Assembly (NCBI RefSeq): GCF_006345805.1
Contig: NC_043010.1
Location: 33,046,001-33,110,000, forward strand
Direction of reading: 5' to 3'
Length of the DNA stretch: 64,000 nt
Source: Octopus sinensis
Taxonomy: Eukaryota
The translations under genes and the position numbers were made by a program. Position 1 is the stretch's first letter, and the number at the start of each line of letters is the position of its first letter. Below the pieces are notes generated by a model. That model had not been told where the DNA came from, did not search any database, and saw only the letters and a program-made list of their open reading frames with translations. Of this stretch, positions 14,102-28,062 are shown one piece after another.

Positions 14102-15695
14102 TTACTGAACCTCAGTTTTTTAATATGCTAGACCACTGGTGTTAAATTGATGTTACCAAATTAATATCCAATTTTTCACCCTCATTTTAATTTTAATTAT
14201 ACATATATATAACATACATACATACATACATACATACATAAGTATAAAAAACATCAACACCTTCCTAAGATTTAAAGGATAACTATTAAATCAAGATACT
14301 TTCCTTCACAACCTTGCTACCAAGGCGGTGGCCTGTTGGTATGGCTTGTACGTGTAGATTTATGTGTGTGTGTACACATATGTAATTATGTACTATATAT
14401 GTGTGTATATGTGTATACATATTTATGTATGTATGTACACATAGAAGTTCAATTATAACTAGAAACAGAAATTTGGTGAGGTAAAAAAAAGGAGGTTTCA
14501 GTTACACTGATGAAGGTCTGTTTAATCTGGTGGTGGTATAAATTACCAGAATATGTGTAGGTATATGTCGATGTGGCAATAATTTGTTAGTAATTCTGAT
14601 CTAGTTCTTAGCTACTCCTCGCAACAGATGCTTTTTAAAATGTCACCTTTTTCATTGATACGATGTTGGCATTTTAGTATTATTTATATGGTCTGCTTCA
14701 CTCAATGGCATTTTCTTTTGATGCCAAAATCGGTGTTATGTTCTTTTAAGTATCATATTTTGATCATAATGTTCTTTTAAATATGTGCTACAGGCCGCCT
14801 GTCACACATATGACAGAAACTTCCAAACTCTCCTTTTGAAAGCATGTTAAATGCCACGTTGTTAATAAGGAAACCCAGAGGCATGTCACTGTCCTCGTTA
14901 CCTTTCTTTTGCAAGCTCCATCAGACAGATAAAATTATCTTTCTTGGCGTACTTCCCCATTGTTTCTTCTTTTTCAGGTTTCTTCTCCAATCAACTACTC
15001 CAAATCTTCTATACTACAAACAGTGCTTATTGTTGCTTTCTGTGCGTCGGTATCGTTGCTGTTATTTTTGGCGTTGCTGTTGCTGCTAAAGTCAGCCGAG
15101 CTACCAATATCGAAGCTGTTACTGGTATTGTTTGTGTTTATGTTATATTTCGTTGCGTTGGTGTTGCTACACTCGACGTTTCTCAACAAATCTTTTTCTT
15201 TTACTGCTTTTTCAAACCCAAATTATTCAAATAGAAATTTTTAAGAGGCAGGGGTGTTTTGTTTACATTCTCATATATATATGTGTGTGTGTGTGTGTGG
15301 TGTGTGTGTGTGTTGTGTGTGTGTGTGTGGTGTGTGTGTGTGTGTGTGTGTGTGTGAGTGTGTGTGTGTGTGTGTGGTGTGTGTGTGTGTGTGTGTGTAT
15401 TCAAGGCTACCTTCACTGATGTGGCTGTTGCCTCTAACTGTCGCCATCGAAGACGCCATGCTTAAGAAAAACTTTTAATGGTACCCCCAACGAGAAATTT
15501 TAGAAAATGAAGCGAAGGAAAACAATTTACTCCACCCCAAGCTGAGCAGAAAAACAAAATTAAATACGAAATTAGTCTGAAACAGATTACAGCAAAAGCA
15601 AAAAACAAAAACCATCCACACCTGACTAATAAACAGTAATCTAGGAACAGTAAAAAAAAAATCACCTTTCAGTTGGTAATTCACATACCAACAAT

Positions 15696-15727
<32 letters not shown>

Positions 15728-16394
15728 TGATGATGGTGATAATTTCTCGATGATTTAGGCCCTTGTGGCCAACGGAGCCGCAAGAGTTTAAGTCATCGAG
15801 AACACTATCAAAGGACGAAATATAACCCACAAAAGGTGGAGTTTTCACCGGTCAATAGGGGGTCAAATAAGAATATAACAAAAGATATTTAGATAGAGTT
15901 TAGAATCCGATAGCTATGGCTTTTAGGCTACCTCTATTGGGTTCTTAGGGTATTTTTCTCACCCCTTGACTTGAACCTCATCTCTTCCTGTCTAGCCTAA
16001 ATATTGGACCCTTCTGCATTCTTTCTCTATATATAGTTTCCTCTCCACCTCTTCATCTACATCCTACTGCAAACTTATGAACCTTTCTCACACCACTTCT
16101 GTCAAGGCCCTCCCTACTTCACTTACCATATCACCCCCTCTATTTCACTCTTTCAATTCAACTTTTATTATTTGTTTGCAGTCAAAGTGACAACACCGTC
16201 ACTTTGTCCCTTCTTTCTTATATCCTTCACTACCCACCAAATTTAATGAACTCTCATTCTTCCACTCACCTCCCACTTTTTTTTATATTTCTCCCTTACT
16301 CTGTATGTTTCTTTTTTCACGTACCCTACCCACCTGCCCTACATCGTTTGAGATGTTCTTCTTAAATAGTAGCTATTACCACCTTGTTTAATTG

Positions 16395-17297
16395 ATATAT
16401 CCTCGCTAAAATGATGTTTCCGTGTTTTAGTATTGTTCCTATTTCACCATAAAGTTTTATAATATAGATCCGTTAGGACATTTTTTGATTATTTAATTAC
16501 TTCCACGTTTAGACTATTATCGTTCTATTAGTAAAATCTATTGGAAACTCTTTGATTGTGCTCATACTGATTCGGGCTTTTCTTTGTCAATATCCTCGAT
16601 TTGATTTGATTTAAGGTGGCGAGCTGGCAGAAACTTTAGCACGCCGGGCGAAATGCGTAGCTGTATTTCGTCTGCCTTTACGTTCTGAGTTCAAATTCCC
16701 CCGATGTCGACTTTGCCTTTCATCATTTCAGGGTCGATAAATTAAGTACCAGTTACGCACTGGGTTCGATATAATCGACTTAATCCGTTTGTCTGTCCTT
16801 GTTTGTCCCTCTGTGTTTAGCCCCTTGTGGGTAGTAAAGAAATATATATCCTCGCTAAAATTATGTTGTTTCCGTGTTTTAGTATTGTTCCTATTTTACC
16901 ATTAAGTTTTATAATATAGATCCGTTAGGACATTTTTTGATTATTTAATTACTTTCACGTTTAGACTATTATCGTTCTATTAATAGAAACTATTGGAAAC
17001 TATTTGATTGTGCTCATACTGATTCGGGCTTTTCTTTGTCAATATCCTCGATTTGATTTGATTTAAGGTGGCGAGCTGGCAGAAACGTTAGCACGCCAAA
17101 CGAAATGCTGAGTGTTATTTCGTCTGTCTTTACGATCTGAATTCAAATTCCGCCGCGGTCGATTTTGCCTTTCATCCTTTCGGGGTCGATAAATTAAGTA
17201 CCAGTTACGCACTGGGGTCGATATAATCGACTTAATCCGTTTGTCTGTCCTTGTTTGTCCCCTCTATGTTTAGACCCTTGTGGGTAGTAAAGAAATA
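16395..17297 (+). repeat. Tandem duplication (period ~449 bp) of ~220 bp unique DNA plus a family A SINE
   Basis: cctcgctaaaa at 16401 and 16850; SINE heads at 16615 and 17067. Confidence 0.9.
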
Positions 17298-17640
17298 GGT
17301 ATTTCGTCTGTCTTTACGTTTTAAGTTCAAATTCCGCCGAGGTTGACTTTGCCTTTCATCCCTTCGGGGTCGATAAATTAAGTACTAGTTGCTTACTGGG
17401 GTCGATCTAATCGACTGATCCCCTCCCCAAAAATTTCGGGCCTTGTGCCTAGAATAGAAAAGAATATCCTCGATTTACTTTCTCAATCTTCAGTTACCTT
17501 CCCAAACATCCGGCTCTTTACGTTCCGAGTTCAAATTCTTACGAAGTCAACTTTGCTTTCTATACTTCCGAGGTCGACAAAATAAAGTACCAGTATTGCG
17601 GATCGAAATAATCGACTATTCATCTCCCTTCAAAATTACT
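17298..17640 (+). mobile_element. Two further 5'-truncated family A SINE variants
   Basis: gttcaaattc...gactttgcctttcatcc...ggtcgataaa cores at ~17320 and ~17525. Confidence 0.7.
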
Positions 17641-19224
17641 AGTTATATGCCTAAATAACAAACAATATTTTTAGTTATAATGTTTTCAATTACATTATTT
17701 ATTTTTTGCTCCTCCATTTGTTTGTGATTTTATATCATGGCATACTCATTCTTTTATGCATTCTATTCGTATATTTTGTAGCTTTTGGGTATACGTATAC
17801 ATGCAAACATACATATTCTTAAATTAATAACTTCACTGGTTACCAAAGTTATTTCTACTTGATAATTATTCAGTTGGGAAATGTTTCCAGAAAAACCTTT
17901 TTGTGTTCTTTGTTTTTAGTGTTTTGTGTGTGTGTGTGTGTGTGTGTGTGTCAGTGTGTCTCTCTGTCTGTCTGTGTGTCTGTCTGACTGTGTGAGAGTG
18001 TGTGTGTGTGTATGAATGCGTATGTGCTTATGTCATCGTCGCTTAACTCTACGACATTTATATTCGTATTTTGTTTATTATTTTTCATTGCTTGGTCATA
18101 AGAGGGAGGGCAGCACCAATATGATACTGTCACGATGTCTGTAACTGATAAGAAAAAGCGGTGGAAGTTATCCTCTGACAGGATACCTAATCCAGATTTT
18201 GCAATTGAGTGGACTTTGCTAAAGGCGCCCAGGAATCAAGTGCTGGCGTTCAACAGAACAATGGATTAAGCTTCATGTCCCAAAACAAGGAAACTCCATC
18301 TCGACAGGCTTCCACACCGTCTACCAATTTTCACACACAAGGCTTTTGGTCGACCCGAAGGTATGGGCCAAGGACTTACCCAAGGTATCTAACAGTGAAA
18401 TCATGAACGAAAGAAAGACATCATCTTGTGAAAGAAGCAGTATAACAGCCACAGACTTTGATGAGTTCTGGTGTTATTTATTTATCGTCTTGGTCATGAC
18501 TCAAGCACTGATTCTGTTGTTAAGGTATTCGTTTCATAAACACGAGGTTCCGGGTTCGATATCGCATACAGGCACTTTAGACAACTACCTTCTACCATAG
18601 TGTTGCTTCTACCAATACCTTGTAAACACGGTTTAGTAGACGGAGACTGACCTAAAGCCCATCGTATATGTGTTTGTGTGTATGTTTTTATATATGCGTA
18701 TCTTTCATCGACGTATATCGGCGAAGGATTTATACACCTTATTGAGGAAACAAAAAATAAGGTGCTTTTCGAACGAAATCCTTAGAGATATTAGATCTGC
18801 ATCAAATTACAGATACTCCCTCGTCACTTTGACCATGATAATACAGTGAGCCAATGATTTGACAATTGGAAACCGGAAACCAACGATGCTCTTATTTACA
18901 AATACATCACTTATATAATAATAAAAAAACAGATGTTACTACAAGTGGGAAATCAAACTTGTTTGTTCGTTTTTCAAGTTATTTTTTCCTAAATTATTTT
19001 ATCACAGTGAAACTTTGGTATTTTGATATTTAAGGCAATTCTTATCTCCACTATTTTGGGTAGGTCGACACTCGTCTTATTAATTCATTTTCTGCCAGAG
19101 AAGAGTTGATGAATTTTTCACTGCTGAGGACACCTGTTAAATAATATTGAATGTTGAGTCGGCCGACATCTGGTAATAAACTGAAATAAACTGACAGATA
19201 AACAGTAACATCCAGCAAAATAAT

Positions 19225-19511
<287 letters not shown>

Positions 19512-19955
19512 AGCATACAATATATTCATACGTAGAACAACAAGCATTCATATATGAAAATAGAGAGAAATAGACTCACGTATTTGACTGAATGCTAATG
19601 AGGTATAAAAACTGCAATTTAGGAAGACGAATGACTAAAGAGGAGGATGGATATTGAGGGGCATCTGTTGCAAGAAATTCATTAGTAAAGTGGCTGCTAA
19701 CATATTTGATGAAGTAAACCATGGACTTTTAAGCATAGTCCAATTGTGATTTCACTATTTTAGAATGTCCAGAGAGATTTAAGCGTAATATCTGGGGTTG
19801 TCTCCCCTGTCCTGTTTCATAAGAATTATTCTGAGATAACCAATGTTCTAATTAGTAACAATGTAATTTTATCTAATTAAAATTTCTTGGCTTACCTTAA
19901 CATATTACGTAGGATAGATTCACACACAAACGCGCGCCCACACGTATGTGTGTGT

Positions 19956-19999
<44 letters not shown>

Positions 20000-20546
20000 G
20001 TGAGTGTGTGTCTGTGTGGATAGGTGTGGATATGATAAGACATTTAAAACAGCAAACTAGGACGGAAAAAGAACGTACCCTCTCACGAGAGTCGAACGTT
20101 GTATGTACCGCATTCCAGGCTCTACGTTAGCGATTACACAAGAGAGGTCCTTGTCATTTTTAATTATAAGTGTGCGCGTGCGTGTACGTATGCACAAGTG
20201 GCAAAAATACTAAACGCTCTTACACAACAGCTGCTTGTTGCTTTTTACGCCTTTTTACTATTCACAATTTCTTTTCAGGTTCAAAATGTAACTTTTGGTC
20301 TCCATCTCATATTATTTGAAAACTGGTATTGTTCATCAGCTGAGTTTAACAAATTTGAAATCTATATACCCTAAAATACACGTCATCAAATATATGAGTG
20401 TGTGTACACACACATACATACGTTCATACATATTATACATATATACATACATGAATACGTACATATGCACACACGTACATCTATACATGCGTGTACGTGT
20501 GTGTGTGAGTGCATGTGCATAATCATTTTATTTAGTTTACAATATA

Positions 20547-20960
20547 GGCGCAGGAGTGGTTGTGTGGTAAGTAGCTTGTTTACCAACCACATGGTTCCAG
20601 GTTCAGTCCCACTGCGTGGCACCTTGGGCAAGTGTCTTCTACTATAGCCTCGGGCCGACCAAAGCCTTGTGAGTGGATTTGGTAGACGGAAACTAAAAGA
20701 AGCCCGTCGTATATATGTATATATATATGTGCGTGTGTGTGTTTGTGTGTCTGTGTTTGTCCCCCAGCATTGCTTGACAACTGATGCTGGTGTGTTTATG
20801 TCCCCGTCACTTAGCGGTTCGGCAAAAGAGACCGATAGAATAAGTACTGAGCTTACAAAAGAATAAGTCCCGGGGTCGAGTTGCTCGATTAAAGGCGGTG
20901 CTCCAGCATGGCCGCAATCAAATGACTGAAACAAGTAAAAGAGTAAAAGAGTAAAGAGTA
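20547..20960 (+). mobile_element. Full-length tRNA-derived SINE family B
   Basis: Head ggcgcaggagtggttgtgtggtaagtagcttg with B-box-like ggttcagtcc; internal TA/TG tract; tail gtaaaagagtaaaagag; many copies in the window. Confidence 0.88.
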
Positions 20961-21330
20961 ATATAATAGTTTATATTAGAATTTAGTAAGACAACCTTCT
21001 TGCTTTAACTTAAAACATTGATGCTTCTTCCCATGGATGCAATATGATTCTCCAAGTTCTCAAGATTTATTCTAAACCATACATTGGTGATTACGTCAAT
21101 TAATTGAGTTCTGTACCTTGATTTAGAAACCAGTACCAGTTCCCTCAGTTTTGAGTACGGATTTTCTGTCGACTAAGGCAAGGTTGTTTCCATTGAGGAG
21201 TGTGTCCACCATAACATCCTACAGCCAGCAATATATTGTAAACGAAGCGACCATCGGTCACTGATTTGCAACAAGCAAAATAGCTAATTATAAGATCTCA
21301 AGAAGAGATGAGAGTAGTAACTATACTAAC

Positions 21331-21432
21331 AAGTAAAGTCAATCGCCACATCAAAGTGGCTATTCCATGTTACTACTAGTGTAACCCAAAGCAGATCTTC
21401 CGCCAGCTGGTTATCGGTACATCCTTGCATTG

Positions 21433-21478
<46 letters not shown>

Positions 21479-21614
21479 CTAGCAGGGGAGCGAAACCACG
21501 AGCCGCTGCCATCGATGCAGGGCTGCACCGATAACCAGCTGCCGGAAGATCTGCCTGGGGTTAAACTTGTAGTAACATGGAACAATCACTTGGACGTGAC
21601 GATTGACTTTACTT
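21331..21614. repeat. Inverted repeat, ~100-bp diverged arms (21331-21430 / 21515-21614)
   Basis: aagtaaagtcaatcgccacatc...ggttatcggtacatccttgcat mirrored by atgcagggctgcaccgataacc...gattgactttactt; same family recurs at 60035-60430. Confidence 0.8.
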
Positions 21615-22089
21615 ATATATAAGTTATATTTAAAATTAAAGTTTAGTTAGGAGACTTTAAGGTGTAGTATCCAAACCTTGTTATGGGAGTATCCATTGTA
21701 GTTGTGCCTGCAGAGGACGTTCACCGCTTGCGGCTACCAAACGTTATCCGGAGTTGTGCACTTTCGTGGTTGGATGTACGTAAGGAATTCCTCGGTGCAC
21801 GTTGAGTGTATTGTAAATGATTATTGCAGAAGATAGAGTGTACTGGAAGCTTTATTTAGGACAACGATCTTTTCGAACTGCTCCCTAGTGGGTGGGGAAC
21901 GATGTAATGGAATCGAATGCAGGCCGTAGTTCAGAAGAAACTTTCTCAGCCCACATAAAGCGGTTCAGTGTTATAAGATGTACATTTCGCTGATATGCGT
22001 GGCAAGATAATGCTGGTATCATATGCGTTTTAGTAGTTCACGAATAGATTAATGAGGCAGGGTTTCTGGTATATATTTAGGGAGTAATT

Positions 22090-22610
22090 GTTAAGAGCAG
22101 ATAGAGCCGACGCCTTTGATATAGCGATGGGATCATCCGATTCCGCACAAGTCACTGACTTGGTTGGAGTCTAACATCCTGTCCCTAATCCAGACTACTC
22201 TCCCCGATATCGGAGGGGGGCCTATATAGAGACGATGCTCTCTTCTACTTGAACCGCAGTACTAACGTAGAACTAGAAAGGCGTAAGAAAAAACAATTCA
22301 AGGTATTTAAGAATGTAGGACTAGCCATCACTGTAGAAAATGAATGTCGCAGAATTAACTTACTAGATACCATATTCAACCTCGACACCATCTATACGAA
22401 CCATTCCACAAACCAAAACACCAACTTAAAATACATTAACGCCATGGCTTACTAGCCACCCTCCTTTATACGGGGACTAGTAGGTAATATTCAGACTATG
22501 ATACTCCGATTGTCTGCCAATGAAGGACTATTCAACTTGCATACACCCTATTATAATGAGGTTTTAGCTAGGGTCGGATACAGAGAACGGATTAAATACA
22601 TACACGAAGA
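22090..22610 (+). pseudogene. Penelope-like element reverse transcriptase remnant
   Basis: FDIAMGSSDSAQVTDLVG, GLYRDD, INLLDTIFNL, LKYIN...PP, RLSANEGLFNLHTPYYNEVLARVGY match Penelope RT core and thumb motifs; stops and frameshifts present. Confidence 0.82.
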
Positions 22611-22908
22611 CAACACACACATACACGCGCGCGCGCGCGCAACGACAGTACGCAAACAGGTGGAACACACACCTTCAGAAATATATATAATAGTAAAATC
22701 TCATCGGCCCAAAATACAACCACGGGCATATAACACCCAACTATAATAATAACCAAAACACAAAACCCTCTACCGGCAAAAACTCCCACCTAAATACAAC
22801 ACACAACATAGAATACATTAAACACACACAACACACTCGGACTAATAAACCCAACAGGAAATATAAAAAACCACACCGTACTCTGGTACAATCCGATCTA
22901 AAATATAT

Positions 22909-23070
22909 GGAGTGATCACTAGTGATGGCGATATTATGCTTCCATTCGTCTTCCCACATGGCCTCAGACTCAACAAGGAGACCTATATCAAGTCCCTGGT
23001 GGTGCTGCCCCCGGTCAAGAGGGTGGCTGCTTGAAGATCCTATTGTCTTGAGTTGCTTCACCTGATTCAC
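22909..23070 (+). pseudogene. Tc1/mariner (maT-like) transposase catalytic-domain fragment
   Basis: VITSDGDIMLPFVFPHGLRLNKETYIKSL...VKRVAA*RSY, with a frameshift. Confidence 0.65.
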
Positions 23071-24387
23071 ACAAAGACGATTATACCATCCAATTTTGAT
23101 GTCATAGCCGCCCGTTTAACATTCCATAGTTAATCGCTGGCCTTCCTGATTCCGACCTGCTATTTCCTCAAACCCCGTACTAGGTGTATTTCATTGTATA
23201 ACCCCATCCTGTTTTAAATTTTTCATTAAAAAGTATTTTTTAAATTTTTAAATTTTAATTTTAAACTCTTTATTGACAGGTAGCACTCTACTTTACTATA
23301 ACTTTAATTCCATAAGTTCGATCTTAATATTTGATGACCTCCGTACACCCCCATCCACTCTCTTCCAACCAATATCCACCGAATATCCCTAAATTTCTGT
23401 GTTTCTCTATTCCACTTCTTCTGGTCATTTACCGTTAGCAAGAGACTCCCATACACCGACCCTATATCTGGCCGGCTAGTATGCCTTTATTTTAATTTTA
23501 TTTTATTTTATTTTATTTTATTTTTATTTCACCCTTACGTTTGATTTATTTATCTTCTCTTTTTTCCCTTATCCTTAATTGTTTTATGACTCCCTCCTTA
23601 CTTACCACAACCCCAGAGCTTACCATAATTAATTTTCTCCTACAACCCATTCCAGTCTACCCATGACCTAATTTAGCAGATTCCTTCTCACCTGAGTAAC
23701 TGACCTTAGATATCAAATTACACACTTTAAAGAACTACATTCTTAACCTAAACTGCCAACATAGTTGTTCATTCTCCCATTCATAACTGACATAACCCTG
23801 CTGTATCCCTGGATATTCTTTTATTTTGTAAAATTACTTCTCATCTGATGATTACAGTCTTTTATAATGATATAATCTTCTCATTCTTCTATTAAAAGTT
23901 AACAATTATCCATCGTAAGTTATTATTCATTTGATATAAATATAATCAAAATAAGCAACAAGGATATCCAGAGGTAATGCAGTACGATCGTTTCATGCGA
24001 CTCCATTTAATTGAACAATGCAAACATTACATCCATTTAAAATGTAGAGCAATCTTTAGCTGCATAAAAATATCGAATTTAGTTAAATTCGAAGGATTCA
24101 TTTGTATAATTTTCTTTTTATCCAAAATCATAAAGAGGATAAGTAGATAGACAAAGAACATGCTTTATCAACAACATCACAGTTGTAACTGAGATTTTTT
24201 CAAAAGTTGACACTGCTCATCATTGATTATATTTGTTATTCAGATTTACTAGTAATGAGGTTAGTTTTAATTTATAGACTAATTTATCAAATCCAATAGA
24301 AACTAGAATCTGTCCTTTATAGGGTAAAATAGATAGACAATTTAAGTGACAGAGTCATATATATATTTATATATATATACATACGTG

Positions 24388-24446
<59 letters not shown>

Positions 24447-24534
24447 TGTGTGTGTGCATGTGCGTGTGTGTCTGTGTGTGCATTATGTATGTATATATAT
24501 ATATATATATATACACGACTGCTTGGCTTCTTTC

Positions 24535-24672
24535 ACTTTCCATCTACCAAATCCACTCATAAGGCTTTGGTCGGCCCGAGGCTATAGTACGAGACACTTG
24601 CCCAAGGCGCCACACAGTAACACTGAACTCGGAACCACGTGGTTCGGAAGCAAACATCTTACCACCTGGTCG
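24535..24672 (-). mobile_element. 5' half of family B SINE
   Basis: ctaccaaatccactcataaggctttggtcggcccgaggctatagta... Confidence 0.8.
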
Positions 24673-26054
24673 CTCATTTAATATACACAATTTTAAAAAG
24701 AGCTATTAATAGTTTCATGCTGTAGAGAATGCTATAATTTGTCAGCTCTATAAAACATGCCACGTGCCTCGAAGCAATTTTTCAGGCTTGATGCCTACCG
24801 TTAGACCTATTTGAAAACCAGAACGCTGGGCTATCAAAAAAAACGAGGGAAAACGAGAAGAAAAACACAAAGAAGTTTGATGCAAAAATGGAACGAGAAG
24901 AAAGAAAAGAAAGAAAACTCAAATTTTTGCACTCTTTGTCTGTAGAAATCATAATTACTTTTGCTGGTGTGGAATAATATGACGGAGAGGAGTCAAAGGT
25001 CTGTGAGGTCGCTACTCAATCCAGAGAGGGCGGTATCCTCCAGTTCGACAAAAGAAACTTGTCCATATGCTTGCATGCAAAATCTTTCAAACTGGAATTA
25101 AGTAGTGGAATTCTTGAATCTAAAACAAATGTGCGATCTTTCAGCTACGCGTAAGTTTCATCTCTTTGATCCATTTATATATGGTGTAGATATCCCCACG
25201 ATTCTCTACTTAATTGTACGTGATGAGCAGTTGATCTCAGTAGCTTTATTTTTGCCAGTGTGTCAGAAAAAAGACTGATGAGTTTTCATAACTGCCTTTA
25301 AAACTGCCTTCGAATATACCGTTATGAAAACCACCGGGTCTCCCGCTTTTTATCATGTTTTCTCGTTGACCGGCTTCTTGCTTTTCAAAAAGGTCAAGCG
25401 GTATGTGCACTGGGCCTGAAAGATTGCTTGGGGATATATGATATATAAATTTGCCAAAGTATTGTATCGCTACAGCAGGAGACTATTAGTAGCTCTTTTT
25501 TAAATTGTATATATTAAATTACAATTATTTTTCACGAAATAGTATACTTTATTTCGTTGATCCTACCTGTAATGGAAGAGTAAACTATATATAGCTAGCA
25601 TGGATGTATACATTTTATGCTCAGGTGCTTCGGCATCCTTAGTCACACTCTGTGACAATGAATGTTTCCTTTATGGTATCACATTGCACCTGGCTGTCTA
25701 TATTAATTTTTAGTGCACGCATTAGCATTTCGCTAAATTATCCACAAATTTTTATGGTAAATATATATATGCTGGCAGAAGGAATTAGCCAATCATGCGC
25801 CGTTCGAGCAGTCCTCGCTGATAATGCCTACAGTCATAGGCGAAACTAGACCTGGTCTGGAGATCATCGAGTCGTTCATAGGGCTGTTGCCTTCTCTGTC
25901 AGCATGTGTGTATACATTTTGCACTCCTCTTACAGCATTAAGAGTACTTTAACTCTTATTCTAGCAATGTGGGTGCTACAGCATCCTTAGTCACACTTAG
26001 TGATAATTGAATTTTACCTTTATGGTATCACATTACGCCTGGGTGTTTATATTA

Positions 26055-26101
<47 letters not shown>

Positions 26102-26133
26102 TGTTTATATATATATATATATGAATGTATATA

Positions 26134-26179
<46 letters not shown>

Positions 26180-26286
26180 ATATGTATATATATATTATAT
26201 ATATATAATGTATATATAATGTGTGTGTATATATATATTAATATATACATATATGTATATATGAATGGATGGATGTATGTGTGTAT

Positions 26287-26321
<35 letters not shown>

Positions 26322-26328
26322 CACACAC

Positions 26329-26375
<47 letters not shown>

Positions 26376-26391
26376 ATATATATATATATAT

Positions 26392-26431
<40 letters not shown>

Positions 26432-27067
26432 CGCTCATAAGAATATAAAGCATTGATTATAATATCATAATGTAGACGTTACTTTGAGCGTCATAAGATA
26501 TTTTCAATCATGTATGAAACCGGATGCGATATCAGTGATAACGGGAATGATGAAAAAATAACATGTATTTCTTGAATATAGAGATTGATTAATTCTGAAA
26601 GTCGACATAACAACGTTCTGCAAAAGTTCCCACCAATCCCACATTACAGATTTTAGGGGGCTTCACATTCAGTTGTGGGTGGTATGTTTTACAATGCATC
26701 ACCGATAAAACAGATCTTTTATAGTTCCAACATGTTTGCTGTACCACTTGGCTCGCTAATGGCTTAGACTAGATAAGCTGTAAAACGATCTTCTGAAAAT
26801 TAAATCCATTTGCTTTATTACTAATTATACATTTTTCACTCAATTACCACATCCGTTGAGCGAGAATGAATGTAAAACGCTTCAATACTATTGTAACATT
26901 AATTCATTATTCGGCTATCATTTATCATTTCAAGGAGTAATGCCAAATATCTTTTCTAGTTGTTTTCCATTCGGAGCTGTTCTCCGGCTAACATTGGTAA
27001 TATAATCCATTAGTTTCTTACTCCGCGCCTACACTCAAACAAGTACATACTCGCACGCACATGCACG

Positions 27068-27141
<74 letters not shown>

Positions 27142-27348
27142 AACAAGCATGCACACATATTCATATTCATATACACACATACATATACGTATACATACGA
27201 TCACATGCAGATACATATACACACAGATTTTCACACAAACCATCGTGTTTCTAGGGCTATGCTTACATACATACATACTTACATACACATGAGATTTGGG
27301 TTGCAAGATTCTTCATGTGAGTTCGTGTGTTGAAACATATTTTATTGC

Positions 27349-27610
27349 GTCTGAGGAGAGTCATTCTCTTTTAGTACCTTATTATTTAACTCACTCACCG
27401 GTAAAGATTCCACTCATTTACATATTTATTTTTCCTAAAGTTTTCATTGCATCTTGCAACCTTTTCAATAGTCGTTGATTGAGCCAATGACCATTGAAAA
27501 GGTTACAAGGCGCAATGAAAATTTCAGGAAAAAATAAATAAATGAGAGGAAACTTTACCGGTGAGTGTGTTAAATAATAAGGTACTAAAAGAGAATTACT
27601 CTCCCCAGAC
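27349..27610. repeat. Fold-back repeat, ~128-bp arms with a ~7-nt loop
   Basis: Arms 27349-27477 and 27485-27610; the opposite-strand ORFs 27296..27478 and 27418..27612 translate to near-identical peptides. Confidence 0.9.
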
Positions 27611-27850
27611 ACAACAATATATATACAAGAGGATACTACAATGATATATTAATATATTAAGATATATTGAACACATTATAGTATGAGAGGTTCGCTAGCA
27701 ATTAAAAACTCAAAAAGGAATAAAAATATAAAGGGTGCAAAATAGCACCAGCGATTGCTAAAAGTAAGAGTCAAAAAATTAACTCTGAAAGCCACAAAAA
27801 AACTCATTACATTTATGGGAAGGGGGCACAACAAACTAAAACGATCTTTC

Positions 27851-27912
<62 letters not shown>

Positions 27913-27955
27913 GGTGAGAAAGTTGGTGTGTGAAAGCACGTGGTTGAATATATAG

Positions 27956-28062
27956 AAAATAGTAAAAAGTGAAAAAACTACAGAAGGCTTGTTTTAAAAT
28001 GACTCAAATATATATTTTTTAACCTTTTAAAACAAGCCTTCTGTAGTTTTTTCACTTTTTAG

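Noticed and set aside
14500-14570. CTGATGA followed by a hairpin (possible hammerhead)
   Set aside because: GAAA core and cleavage triplet cannot be identified; too degenerate
17951-18160. Minus-strand possible exon with a PPSY motif (…YWCCPPSYDQAM…)
   Set aside because: No donor found, it runs into a CA repeat, and the adjoining + strand shows codon-patterned paralogy with 31830-31905
20280-20374. Strong + strand acceptor followed by an open frame (VQNVTFGLHLILFENW...)
   Set aside because: No convincing donor; the frame ends in a stop after 31 codons
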